Below, one piece after another: positions 10,727 to 21,024 of a stretch of 41,483 nt of DNA (positions are counted from its first letter, which is position 1; the number at the start of each line of letters is the position of its first letter). The stretch is from the NCBI GenBank assembly GCA_030167865.1, contig JALAGF010004246.1:1-41483 (forward strand). Reading direction: 5' to 3'. Below the pieces are notes generated by a model. The model made no database searches. It saw only the letters and a list, made by a program, of their open reading frames with translations, and was not told where the DNA came from. Made by a program: the position numbers and the translations under genes. This DNA is from Craspedostauros australis. Taxonomy: Eukaryota.

Positions 10727-12557
10727 TGAGCACTTTTGAAGCGTTGTTTCTCTCTCTCTCTCTTCTGTTCCGTGGGGACATGCTCTCTCTGCCGTTGGTC
10801 GGCGAGGGAGAGCACGTTCTCAGCCTTCCTTTGTTCCTCCACAAGAAAGCCCGAGTCCGATGTTGGTCGTGGGTCGTGGGTCGCCTCTTGTTTCGTCTGT
10901 CTGTGGCCGTTGCGCGCAACACAACACTGCCCATGGTGGCGCGCTATTGTCGCCGTCGCGAAAGGAACAGAGAAACGGCAGTTGCCGGCTTGATGCCTGA
11001 ATTCTCGTTTGGTGCCCTTGCCTGTGCGCGCGTTGTGGTTGGTCCGTCCAATCGTGAAACTTGACATTTCTTGGGATGTACGAGCTCCATTCACAAGAGC
11101 TCGCGGAGGCGCATCAGCGAGGCAGGAGGCGAAATGACATGGAGTTCGCAATGTGACATTCAAGGGCCTTGTTCAATTAACAATGCGACACAAGAAAAAT
11201 GACGAAGAAGATGACGTGGTTCAATGCGCGACAATCGTCTATTTCCTCTGACTGGCTCTGGCGCAGGCCAATCAAAACGCCACAGAAAAACGGAGACTCG
11301 GGTGCAGTTGCGCAACGCACGCAGAACGCAAGTGCCACCAGCACGCGCATCCACACGGTGGCGAGGCAGTTGCGGAAGCGAGACGTGTCGTGATTTCTGT
11401 GAAGTATTCGTGAATGACGAAGTCGTTGTGTCTTCTCATATTTGTATGTGTTGTACTTAGCTTACAACTTCACATACAATGTATCACTACAACAGGGATA
11501 GGTCAAAATAAATGTAATCTAGAGTTACTTCATTCGTGTTCGAATGAATGAATAATCACCCGGATAAAGCCGTAGAAACACTCGAAAACGGACAACGAGA
11601 TACTGATGGACTCGTAAAAACGAACCCACGCACGAGAAAGAAACAGCGACGCAACAAAGAAGGAAACGATGAAGGGCCATGGCTCCGCAAAGCGCAACGA
11701 AAGGATAGCAACAGCGCTGTTGGTTGCGCGTCGGTGTAGTTATTACGATTACTTCGCTGGGCAACGACAGCACCAAGAGAGGAGGCGAAAGAGAAGAAGA
11801 ATCCACGGAGAGTGAAAGCAAGGGGGAACACGAGGAACGCACGAAGCTGAAGGGGAGAAGGACTTGCCCAGCGGGAAGTGAGCGAGGAAAAGTTAGAGCG
11901 CCACACAACAGCAACATCAACAACAACATCAACAGGAACCAATCGGGAGAGAGCGCCTGCGACACCAAACAAGAGGCACAAACGTCAACAAGAGGCAGCC
12001 CGGGTGACAACAGCCAAGAAATAGCAGCTTCGATCTTGTGCGTGTTTGTTTGCAGAACAACTCCCATAGTAGTAGTGTACGCTGCTGAAAACACGGTTCA
12101 ACGATACTCTGTTGGTGGATCGTCCTCTACGAACAGAGAGCACACAATCATCCCCTCTCCATCGACAAGATCTGGACCACCGAAGATCGTATCATCACCA
12201 ATACTTGACAGCATTCGCAGAGGCAGCATACAACACTTGCACATTGAATCCATAGAACGGAGCAAGAGCAAGACAGCAAGAGACCAAGGACGTGTGGGAG
12301 TCAGACAGGCCTGATATCATTGACAACACTGACAGCACTGAAGTAGAGTAGCGAGCAGCTGAGAGACGGAGCGGTGAAGAAGGAACAGAGGCAGCCTGGG
12401 CAATGCCCGTACATCGCACGCAGGAGGTTGAATTGGATCGAATAGAATCGGATTGAGCTGAACTGGGTTGAATCAAATTGGTGGCACGCAACAGACACAG
12501 ACACAGACACACAACAGACATAGACACACAACAGAAAGAACACAGACAACAAACAAG

Positions 12558-14197
12558 ATGGACAGCCTCATCGATCGAATCGACGAAAACAGGCTGGATG
12601 CGCTGTACTTGTTCATCAACGAAAGCCTGCGAGATCCCAGCACCTACAACCGCTTCCTCGACAGCCTGCTGGCCGTGCTGCCGGACAACTGGAGCATCCA
12701 GCGCGTCGAGGTGGGCCACGAGTTCCTCTCCATGACGACGCGCAACGTCCAGCAGCAGCAGCAGCTCTTCGAGATGATCTGCAACCTGGAGGCGCTCAAG
12801 ATGCTCATCTTCTCCGACGGCTACGTCCCACGCAAGGACACCGGCAGCATCCAGACGGAGATCCTGCTCAACGCGCTGCCGCGTGCCACCAACCTCTGCA
12901 ACCTGGACGTGCAGCGCATGCAGCTCGACGATCAGGACAGCATCGAGCATCTGGCCGAGGTCTTCGAGACCATGGCGGATTCACTCGAGGAGGTCCGCAT
13001 CACGGGGCTCTTCCTCAAGCCGGAGGTCACCTCCCTCGACCCCGTCATCAAGGCCTGCACGGCCATGTCCAACCTGCGCTCCCTCGCCATCTCCACGGCC
13101 TACGAATCGCAGGAGGAGAATCGCAAGTTCATCTCGCACGAGAGCCTTCTCAACCTCTGTCAGAACTCCACGACCCTGCAGGAACTCACCCTGCGTGCCA
13201 TGCATCTCGACGACACGCAGTGCCAGACCATCGCAACTGCCCTCACCACCAACTCATTCCTCACCAGCTTGGACATGCGTCAGAATCCCAAGATCGGCGA
13301 GGCCGGATACAAGGCGGTGCTGGGAGCGATGGAGCGCAACTACGATCTATGGTGCACAGTCAACGTGGTACGTCGTGTTGCGCATCGTATTCTACATTGT
13401 GTCATGTGTCATCCTGTGTGAATGGATGGATAGTATACATCATATGCGTGGGTGTGGGTGCTGCGTATCGTCTGAATCGCACTCGCGCTTGCTTCAGAAT
13501 CACACCAACGGTACACATCCATCGACGCACTCTCATTCATCCAAATGCAAGGAACTTGCTCTCGCACCAATCTTACTCTGCCCTCTCACCATTGACTCTC
13601 GCACTCATGATGTTCCGTCTCCTCTCTCAACGTTGTCCCACTCCTACAATCCAAACATACATGCTCGTTCTAACAAAACAGGACAACGAGGACTTCCAAG
13701 GCAAATTCACTGCCCTGATCGCACTCAACCAAGCCAATCGTGGAGATCTAGTCCGCGGCCTCACCAAGGAGAAGCTCGTCAGCTTCCTCTCGGAGCTCAG
13801 TAGCCAACCCACAGCGGTGTGGTACTTCCTCACCATCCATGACAACATATTAAATCCGCTCGCCCAGTTTCTGCATTGGAAGCAGCTGGTGGAAAGGAGG
13901 AGGCAAGACCAGCCACTGCAACAGGTGCAAGCACAGCCGTCGACGCCGCTGCTGCAGACCGCTCATGGCATCCCGTTAAACAACATGCAGATGCACCTCA
14001 CTTCACCCACGACGGCTGCACCTGGTCTCACGACGAACAATATCTTGGCGGCCATGGCGCGGCCAACAGCCATACCGCCGGACATTGCCAACATGGTCGC
14101 AACAATAAGCACGACGACCAACGATGATGATGATGATGACGCATCTGACGACGCCCAAGTCAGACCATCGAAACGTAGCCGCACAGAATCCACCTGA
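12558..14197 (+). CDS. RNI-like leucine-rich-repeat protein of the diatom-expanded type, 2 exons
   Basis: ATG 12558 (MDSLIDRIDENRL). Exon 1 12558-13367, intron 13368-13681 (GTACGT...CTAACAAAACAG, phase 0), exon 2 13682-14197. LRR units LEALKML, LCNLDV, LRSLAI, LQELTL and LTSLDMRQNPKIG, then a C-terminal cap LIALNQANRG...AVWYFL. Strong C-ending codon bias. Confidence 0.85.
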
Positions 14198-14557
14198 ACG
14201 ACGCCAACGAGAATTTTTCCCTCATTTTCTTGGCGACACGACCCACGAACGATACCGCCGACGTATCATACCGTTCGGCCAAATATATAGTGTATTAACC
14301 TGCACCACAAACGAAAGCAAACGTACCAATGGAACTCTGTGTGTTTCGCGCGTGCAGGTATAGAGTATTCGCATTGTTTTCTGGTCTGGCTGACTTCTCT
14401 CGAACGAATGAGCGATGGAGGGTTCTTGCCCTCACTTTCTCTGCTCGTCCTCCATGCATTGAGATCGCTGTTCTACTGCACCATGTCATACTGTGCTATA
14501 GCTAGTGTTATAATACGTTAGGATCCGGCTCTGTGCTCTACTTGCAATTGTTATGCG

Positions 14558-16048
14558 TCAAAACAACCCCAACGATCGCTTGGCCTTATCTCGTTTCCAC
14601 TTGGGTTGCTTCTGAAACTCCTCCTGCGTCATGTGGAAATGCTGCTGAAACTCTTGCGGTGACAAGTACAACTCGCGCGTGAGGAGGTTGCAGGTGTTGG
14701 GCAGCCGCGCCGCGTCGCGCAATTGCTCGATGGTGTAGAATTCCTGCGGCGGCAGATCCGACGTGCGAATGTTGGACAGCGATTGTGACAGCTTCCCGTT
14801 AATGGCGGCCAGGTTGGAGGTCTTCTTCTTCTTGCGGGCGGTGATCTCCGATTTGACGCTGGCGCCGCTGCTGCGCGATTGCTGCTGCTGTGGTTTGGGC
14901 GGTAGCAGCGGCGCTTTCTGTTGCGTTGTGGACTGTGCTTTGGCATCGTCAATGGCCTTGTCAGGTTTGGACGCCTTCGAATTGTAGCTCGATCGACGCA
15001 CCGCGGACGTCGTGACTTGCTGCGCCTCCCTGGCGGCCTTGAGCGCGGAATTGTTGCGCGCCAACTCCGCCCTCGCCGCCTGCCGTCGCAGCTCCGCCAG
15101 CGCCTTCTTGCGCTTCTCCATCTCTGCAGCACCAAAGGCGCGGGTCTGCGCCACCATCTCCCGTTTCTTGGCCAACGCCATGTCGACCTTGCGAATTTCC
15201 TCCGCCAGCCGCCGCCGCGCCAGCTCGTCGTTCTCGCGTTGCCGCTGCAGCACCTCTCGCTGGCGACGCGTCTCCATGTCCACGTTGCCGGAGGGCTCGA
15301 AGAAATCCCCTTGGATCGTTTCGAGCTGCTGCAACGCCGAATGCGCCACCTCGCCTCGTTTGGCCGCTTCGGCACGCGCCTTTTCCCGTGCCAATTCTTC
15401 CTCCATCGCCTTGCGCGCTCCTTCGTTCTCCGCGGCACGTTGCAGCTCCATGTAAATGTCGGCCTTCTTCTTGTTGAGCATGTCCACGCCTCTGTCGTTG
15501 CGGAAGGACGGACCCAGCGATGCCTCGTAGGCGCGGTGTTCCGATGTCAGCGAGAAGTTCGGCACCGTCGAGTTGTCATCGTAGGCTGACGAGTCATCGT
15601 CGGCGTCGCCGGAACCATCGTCGTCATCATCATCGTCGTCTTCTACGTATTCCATGATCTCGTCGCTGCTGCCAGTCTCCGCGCTCATCGCTCCGCCGTG
15701 CAGTTTCGATGGCTGGCCATTGCCGTTGCCCTCCGCGCTCGATTGGGATTGCAGATTCATGCTCTGCAGTTGTTGATGTTGTTGATGTTGGTTCGTCTGT
15801 TGCTGTTGATGCTGCTGCTGCTGTTGATGCTGCTGCTGGTGATGTAGATCATCGTCATCACCGTCGTCGTCATCTTCTATTATTTCTTCCTCAATAAAGT
15901 CATCATCGTCTATCACTTCTTCGACCGTGTATTCATCGTCGTCGATGTATTCATCCTCGATGATCTCCTCCTCGACGAAGGAAGATTCATGACTGTGCAA
16001 GCTGTTCGTTGCCGACGGCTGTGCGCTTCCGCGATGTAGCAGTGCCAT
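14558..16048 (-). CDS. Acidic N-terminus + poly-Q + coiled-coil protein with a C-terminal villin headpiece domain
   Basis: 496-aa intronless ORF ending FYTIEQLRDAARLPNTCNLLTRELYLSPQEFQQHFHMTQEEFQKQPKWKRDKAKRSLGLF*. This is the villin headpiece consensus (YLS..EF...F.M...EF...P.WK....K...GLF). Confidence 0.9.
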   Translation of the reverse strand: MALLHRGSAQPSATNSLHSHESSFVEEEIIEDEYIDDDEYTVEEVIDDDDFIEEEIIEDDDDGDDDDLHHQQQHQQQQQHQQQQTNQHQQHQQLQSMNLQSQSSAEGNGNGQPSKLHGGAMSAETGSSDEIMEYVEDDDDDDDDGSGDADDDSSAYDDNSTVPNFSLTSEHRAYEASLGPSFRNDRGVDMLNKKKADIYMELQRAAENEGARKAMEEELAREKARAEAAKRGEVAHSALQQLETIQGDFFEPSGNVDMETRRQREVLQRQRENDELARRRLAEEIRKVDMALAKKREMVAQTRAFGAAEMEKRKKALAELRRQAARAELARNNSALKAAREAQQVTTSAVRRSSYNSKASKPDKAIDDAKAQSTTQQKAPLLPPKPQQQQSRSSGASVKSEITARKKKKTSNLAAINGKLSQSLSNIRTSDLPPQEFYTIEQLRDAARLPNTCNLLTRELYLSPQEFQQHFHMTQEEFQKQPKWKRDKAKRSLGLF

Positions 16049-16081
16049 CGTGGGATCAGTCTATTCAAGAGAGAGTGTGTG

Positions 16082-16121
16082 TGTATGCGTCTGTATGCGT
16101 CTGTATGCGTCTGTATGCGTC
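16082..16121. repeat. (TGTATGCGTC)x4 decamer tandem repeat just upstream of the headpiece gene
   Basis: Four consecutive copies visible. Confidence 0.9.
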
Positions 16122-16313
16122 CTGTTCGTATCCGTATTTGCAGGATGTGGAAGTGAGAGCACAGAGCGGACTTTGGGATGAATCGGTTTGTGGGTAACCA
16201 AAGAGATGTAATCGTGATGTGATGTAATGTAATGTAATGTAATGTGGCTGCCGTCTTCGTGTCTGGCAAACAGAAAGGATGCTTTCGGAATTATTGGGCG
16301 CTGTTGTGGATCC

Positions 16314-16335
16314 GAGAGAGAGAGAGAGAGAGAGA
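16314..16335. repeat. (GA)n microsatellite
   Basis: Directly visible. Confidence 0.9.
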
Positions 16336-17063
16336 AGCTGATGGCAGTATGCTCCAGTGTGTTCTGATTGCTGTTCTTCTTTCTCCTCTTCTTCCTCTTG
16401 CTGCCTGGCTTGTTCAGATTGGAGTCTTCTTCTGCTGTATCTATGCTCTCTCACTTCCTTGCCTTCATCCAACCGCCGCAAGATTCAACAACGCAACGAA
16501 GATGAGATGGTGGGCCGCTTCTATGCGTTTGCGCTTGTCGCGGGATGTTGCATCAACGCTTGCTCTCTCTGATGTGCCGTTTGGATGCAGTCTTGTTTCG
16601 TTTCTTGGTTGCCTCGCTTTTGTGTGTGTCATGGTCGTGGTTTTGGTCATCGCAGTCATCTCCGCCCGCCTTGTTTCTTTGTCGTGTTTGCCTGTTTCCG
16701 TGCATGTTGGTGTTCTTGTCAAGTCACGCACTGCTCTGTCTGGTTGGTCGCGAACGTTGTGACACGGTGGTGCGATCAATCAACTAGGCGTAACTTGTAC
16801 GGGATGGGAAACATGTGTGCAACGTAGAATATAATACTTACCCTAACTACTCATGGTACTCCTATTGCAAACGATTCATGTGAGGGTTGAGAGATCCGCA
16901 ACTAAAATCCTACTGTCATAATTGTCGCACTCGGTGTGCTTTATCCGTTCAGTATGGCCATGTGATGTTGGAGCACACCGACATGCTACCGCTCCTGCTG
17001 TTGTTGACGGATAATCTTACAACGATCGTGGACCGCCTTGCCGTACAGGGCTCATCTCGTCTT

Positions 17064-18616
17064 CTACTTCTTCTCCTCCTTATACAGGCATTCCATGAGG
17101 CTGTCGGTCAACTCCTTTCTGTCCAGGTTCCTTCCGATGAACACAAACTTGTTCTCGCGCTCCTCGCCGGCCTTCCATGGTTCGTTGGCTGGTCCGAAGT
17201 TGATCTGCTCGTGCACGCCCTGGAACACGAACTTCGTGTCGCCCTGCCCGTGGAAGCTGAGGAGTCCCTTGGAGCGGTAGATATCGGCGGCGCGCTCCTT
17301 CAGCAGATCCATCATGAACATGTTGAACCACTGTGGGTGGAGGTTTCCATGGAACTTGATTCCCACAGACTGCACCAGCTCCAAGTTGTGCTTGCTCTCC
17401 TCCTGCGACTCGAAGAAGTCGGGATCGATGGCCAGGACGGATTCCATGTTGAACGAGTTCAATCCAAGGATCTTCTCCAGCGGCGCGCGGCTGCGCTCGG
17501 TCTCGATCACGGTGGCGAATTTGTTGATCACCTTGAGGCGGTTCTTCAACGCCTCCTTCTCGTCGGGCTTCACGAGGTCCACCTTGTTCAGGAGGATCTT
17601 GTCGGCGAAGGCGACCTGCTGCAGCGCTTCGTTCACGGATCCCTCCGGCTTCTTCTCATCCAGGTGCAGTGCCAGATGCTTGCAATCGGCCAAGCAGACG
17701 ATGGAGTCGATGAAGTAGTTCTCGCTGATCTTGGAGTTCGTCTGCACGGTGTACACGATGGGGGCTGGGTCGGCAAGGCCGGTGGTCTCCAGCAGGATGG
17801 CATCGAAGTCCTTGCGGCGCTTCGTCAGCTGTCCGAGGGTGCGGACCAAGTCGCCGCGCACGGAACAACACACGCACCCGTTGTCCATGGTGATCAGATC
17901 CTCTGGTGTGTCCAGCGATTCCGCGACTGCACGGGTAGTCGTGGTTATGGCGGTTGTGGTGACGTTGGGCGGGAGTGGGGCGGATGGTTTGATTGGTGAC
18001 GGCGGTGCATTCGAATGCAGCGTGTTGTCAGCATCCCAGAAAGTGCAGCGCAGATTTGGGATACAATGCAGCGGAATGCATTGTATAGCAGTCGTATGTT
18101 GTCATGAGAAACGCCATGAGGAAAGAAGCGGAATCCAATTGAAATTGCAGAGAAACGAGGATGGGATGAGATGACGTGACAGAAAGCGAAGACAGTAGAT
18201 TCGCCAAGAGTGTCGGAAAGGAAACGGCCTCATGATCCACGATGAGCGATTGCGTGGCATCCAAGCATGGGTGGTTGCATCCGTGCATGTCTGCTGGTTG
18301 GTTGTGCGGTTGGTTGATGGGCACTTCATGCCTCGCCTTCAGCACACAGTATAGTGGTACCTGGCACTGATCAACAACGTTGTCGTCATCACCATCGTCG
18401 TCATCGTCGCAGCCATCGCCACAGCTATCATGCACTACACAAGGACGTACCGAGACCATCGTCGATGCTGACTTCTCCGAACTCATTCTCCAGGACGCAG
18501 ATCTTCCACTCGTTCTGCTCCTTGAGGATGTAATTCACGAGAGTCGTCTTTCCGGCTCCGAGGAAGCCAGTGATGACCGTGATTGGTGTGAGATCCGACT
18601 TTGCTGTTTGTGCCAT
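17064..18616 (-). CDS. cobW: COG0523/CobW-family (G3E) metal-binding GTPase, putative Zn/Co metallochaperone, 2 exons, 342 aa
   Basis: Exon 1 18616-18451 ([15 protein letters not shown]...[10 protein letters not shown]), intron 18450-17927 (GTACGT...TGCAG, phase 1), exon 2 17926-17064. Motifs [20 protein letters not shown] and a CobW_C domain (YRSKG...FVFQGVH...FVFIGRNLD). Confidence 0.95.
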
Positions 18617-19577
18617 TGTGAACTGTTGATAGAGTACTGCAGAGTGTGCTTGTGTCTTTCCTTGTTTATTCTGATCAATTGATCGATGGATTGGTCTTTA
18701 TGAGGCTTGCGAATGGATTTGAGTAAAGCCTTTCCAGCGGGTATGTGGTCTGCGAGAGTGTCTGGTGCCGTTGCTCCAAACGTTGGTTTTGTGAGCAAAG
18801 AGGCTCTTGTTGTGGCTGTGGCGCGAACGAGAGAGGAGATCAGCAGCGAGTGCTGTTGTTGTCGTTGTCGAGGCTGAGGCTGAAACCAAGGCCGAGGTGG
18901 AGGCTGTTCTTGTGTTTCTTCTTGTTGGTTGGAGAAGCCCTTCGAAAAGACTTGGATAGTCCCCAATGCCGTCATCCAAACCATCCAATCGTTTCCAAAC
19001 GGTTCCGTGTGAGTGGAACCACTGGCAACGATTGCATTCTGCTCGAGCAGAGCAGTCGCAGGCAATGTTGGGCACAGCACTACACAGTAGCTCGTACTCT
19101 CACATGCCAAGAGAGCAAGATCATGATTGTCTACATTGTACGATACTATTTTATTATATTATATTATCATGCAACGTGAGCGACGAATTATGTGATCGAT
19201 GGTGTATACCTCGCAGAGTAATCGGGGTTGTCCACAGATGAGCATGGTCGTTTGTATTGGTACGACTATGAAATCCTGAAAATGTATCTGGCCCGCACCA
19301 GCAGATACATATTCGTACAGATGCAGATCGACGCCGCTTGGCATTTGGTCCATTCATTTCGCTTTCTCTATTCAAGGCGTGCTTTTGTCATCACTTCGCA
19401 GTGGAGCAGCCTATTTTTCTGCATGCTTTGCGCATTCGGATGCTCGTTGTTGTGTTCGTGCTCAACCTTGATCCCACAATGGGATAGCTCAACTCATCGT
19501 GTATCCTACCGTATCGTACCATATCGTACCATATAATACCATATCACATCGCATGCCATCACGCATGTTGTCTACGT

Positions 19578-20090
19578 CTACGCCGACGTCTCCATCTTGT
19601 CGTTGCCATCCATGGCATCGATGACGGTGTCGATGAACTTGTTCTTTTCGTCCGGGTCGAGGAGCTTCCAATCCCAACCGCGTTCCTTCTGGTTGCTCTT
19701 CTTCGAAGCCCAGATCTTGAAGGAGCGGCGCGCATGTGGCTTGCGTCGCTCATCCACGTCCTTCTCGGGGACGTTGAGCTTCTTCATCCTCTTGACGAAG
19801 GCCTTGACCTTGTCGATGGCCAGTTGGTCGAAGCGGTCTGGGTTGATCTTCTTGTAGTACGTCTTCTTGGCCAGTTCGATGGCTTCCGCAAAGTCTGCGG
19901 CGAAGGTGTCATCCTCGATGACGTAGTTCTCGTATGGCTGCATCAGGGGTCCCTTGTCTTCCTTCACCCTGCTTGGCTTGGCCGCGGTCTCTTCCTTGGC
20001 ATCCTCTATCTTGGTCTCCTTGATCTCACCAGCTTCGATGGTCTCTTCCATCTCTGTCTCTATATTCTCTGCTTTTGTTTCGGCTGTCAT
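19578..20090 (-). CDS. Small highly charged hypothetical protein (~170 aa), possible degenerate HMG-box-like C-terminus
   Basis: Likely start ATG at 20090 (MTAETKAENIETEMEE). Strong coding-type codon bias (AAG/GAG/ATC/GAC). The upstream part of the 282-aa ORF looks like UTR. The C-terminus reads RRKPHARRSFKIWA...WKLLDPDEKNKFID. Confidence 0.75.
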   Translation of the reverse strand: MTAETKAENIETEMEETIEAGEIKETKIEDAKEETAAKPSRVKEDKGPLMQPYENYVIEDDTFAADFAEAIELAKKTYYKKINPDRFDQLAIDKVKAFVKRMKKLNVPEKDVDERRKPHARRSFKIWASKKSNQKERGWDWKLLDPDEKNKFIDTVIDAMDGNDKMETSA

Positions 20091-21024
20091 GGTGATGGTG
20101 GCTGTTGCGGATGATGCGGTTGCTGTTGGTATAATGCGGTTGCTGTTGTGGCAATTTGTGTCACAAAAGAATGGAAATGAGGCTGCACAACGCTCATCCC
20201 AAGCGAAGTTGTGTTGTGTCGTGTCGTCTTGTGTTGTGTGGTGTTCTCTCCTCTCAGCACCACCAACAATGTCGTTGTTGGTGTCAGCTGAGACGTGGAT
20301 TGTGGTGGTCATCCGGTCATTCTCGTTTGTGTTTCTCGAATAGAATTTTACCGCAACCACCAACGAAGAAGAAAAACCAACAAAAAGACAGCAAAATCGA
20401 TCATTCTGTATTTTCATACGTGCCACAGGTATAACGTGTGTTAACCGTCAAATCCATCACCAATGACGTCACCCGTCGCGTCACCAAAGCCTCGAAAAGT
20501 GAAAAGAAGAACTTGAAACTCCCGTCCAAAATGGGAACATCCATCTGTTCGCTGGCGCTCTCCTCGTGGTTGTGAGACACGGAATCACAAATCCGAAATA
20601 AAACCAAACGAGCCAAAGACGACGACAGCAATTCTGCAAACACTTTCTGGATTGGGTGTTTCGCTTCTCACTCTTCTCACACTCGCACCACTCACATCAG
20701 GGCAACACCATCACGTGGCTGCCGGGGGTCAGTGCGAGCCACAATACTATACCATAATAGTAATATAATATAATACATCCCTCTGCGATCACCAATACCA
20801 GAGCGCAATCCCATCGAAGACGACTGCCTTGTGCTTGGTGCATCACAAAGGCACACAGACACGCACAGACACTCACGGACATACACAAAGAGACACAGAG
20901 AGCGAGAGAGAGTGTGAGAGAGAAAGCAAGAAAGGAGGTTGGATGGAGCAGCATAGAGCAGGATAGAGTACTCTTGAGGCAGCTATTGCAAGGTATCATA
21001 CGCCTCTCCAGAGTGACATCCACC

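Noticed and set aside
11525..12314. 189-196 aa ORFs between the Arb2 and LRR genes
   Set aside because: These are purine- and CA-rich promoter/UTR-like sequence with no coding bias or domain.
12195..12950. 251-aa minus-strand ORF, and the overlapping 12883-13803 alternative-frame ORF
   Set aside because: Shadow or alternative frames of the LRR gene.
16082..16121. Short direct repeats considered as CRISPR-like or telomeric
   Set aside because: They are tandem with no spacers, there are no cas genes, the context is eukaryotic, and the unit is not TTAGGG-type.
16887..17999. 370-aa plus-strand ORF
   Set aside because: It is the antisense shadow of the CobW exon. Codon bias suppresses antisense stops, and it has no motifs of its own.
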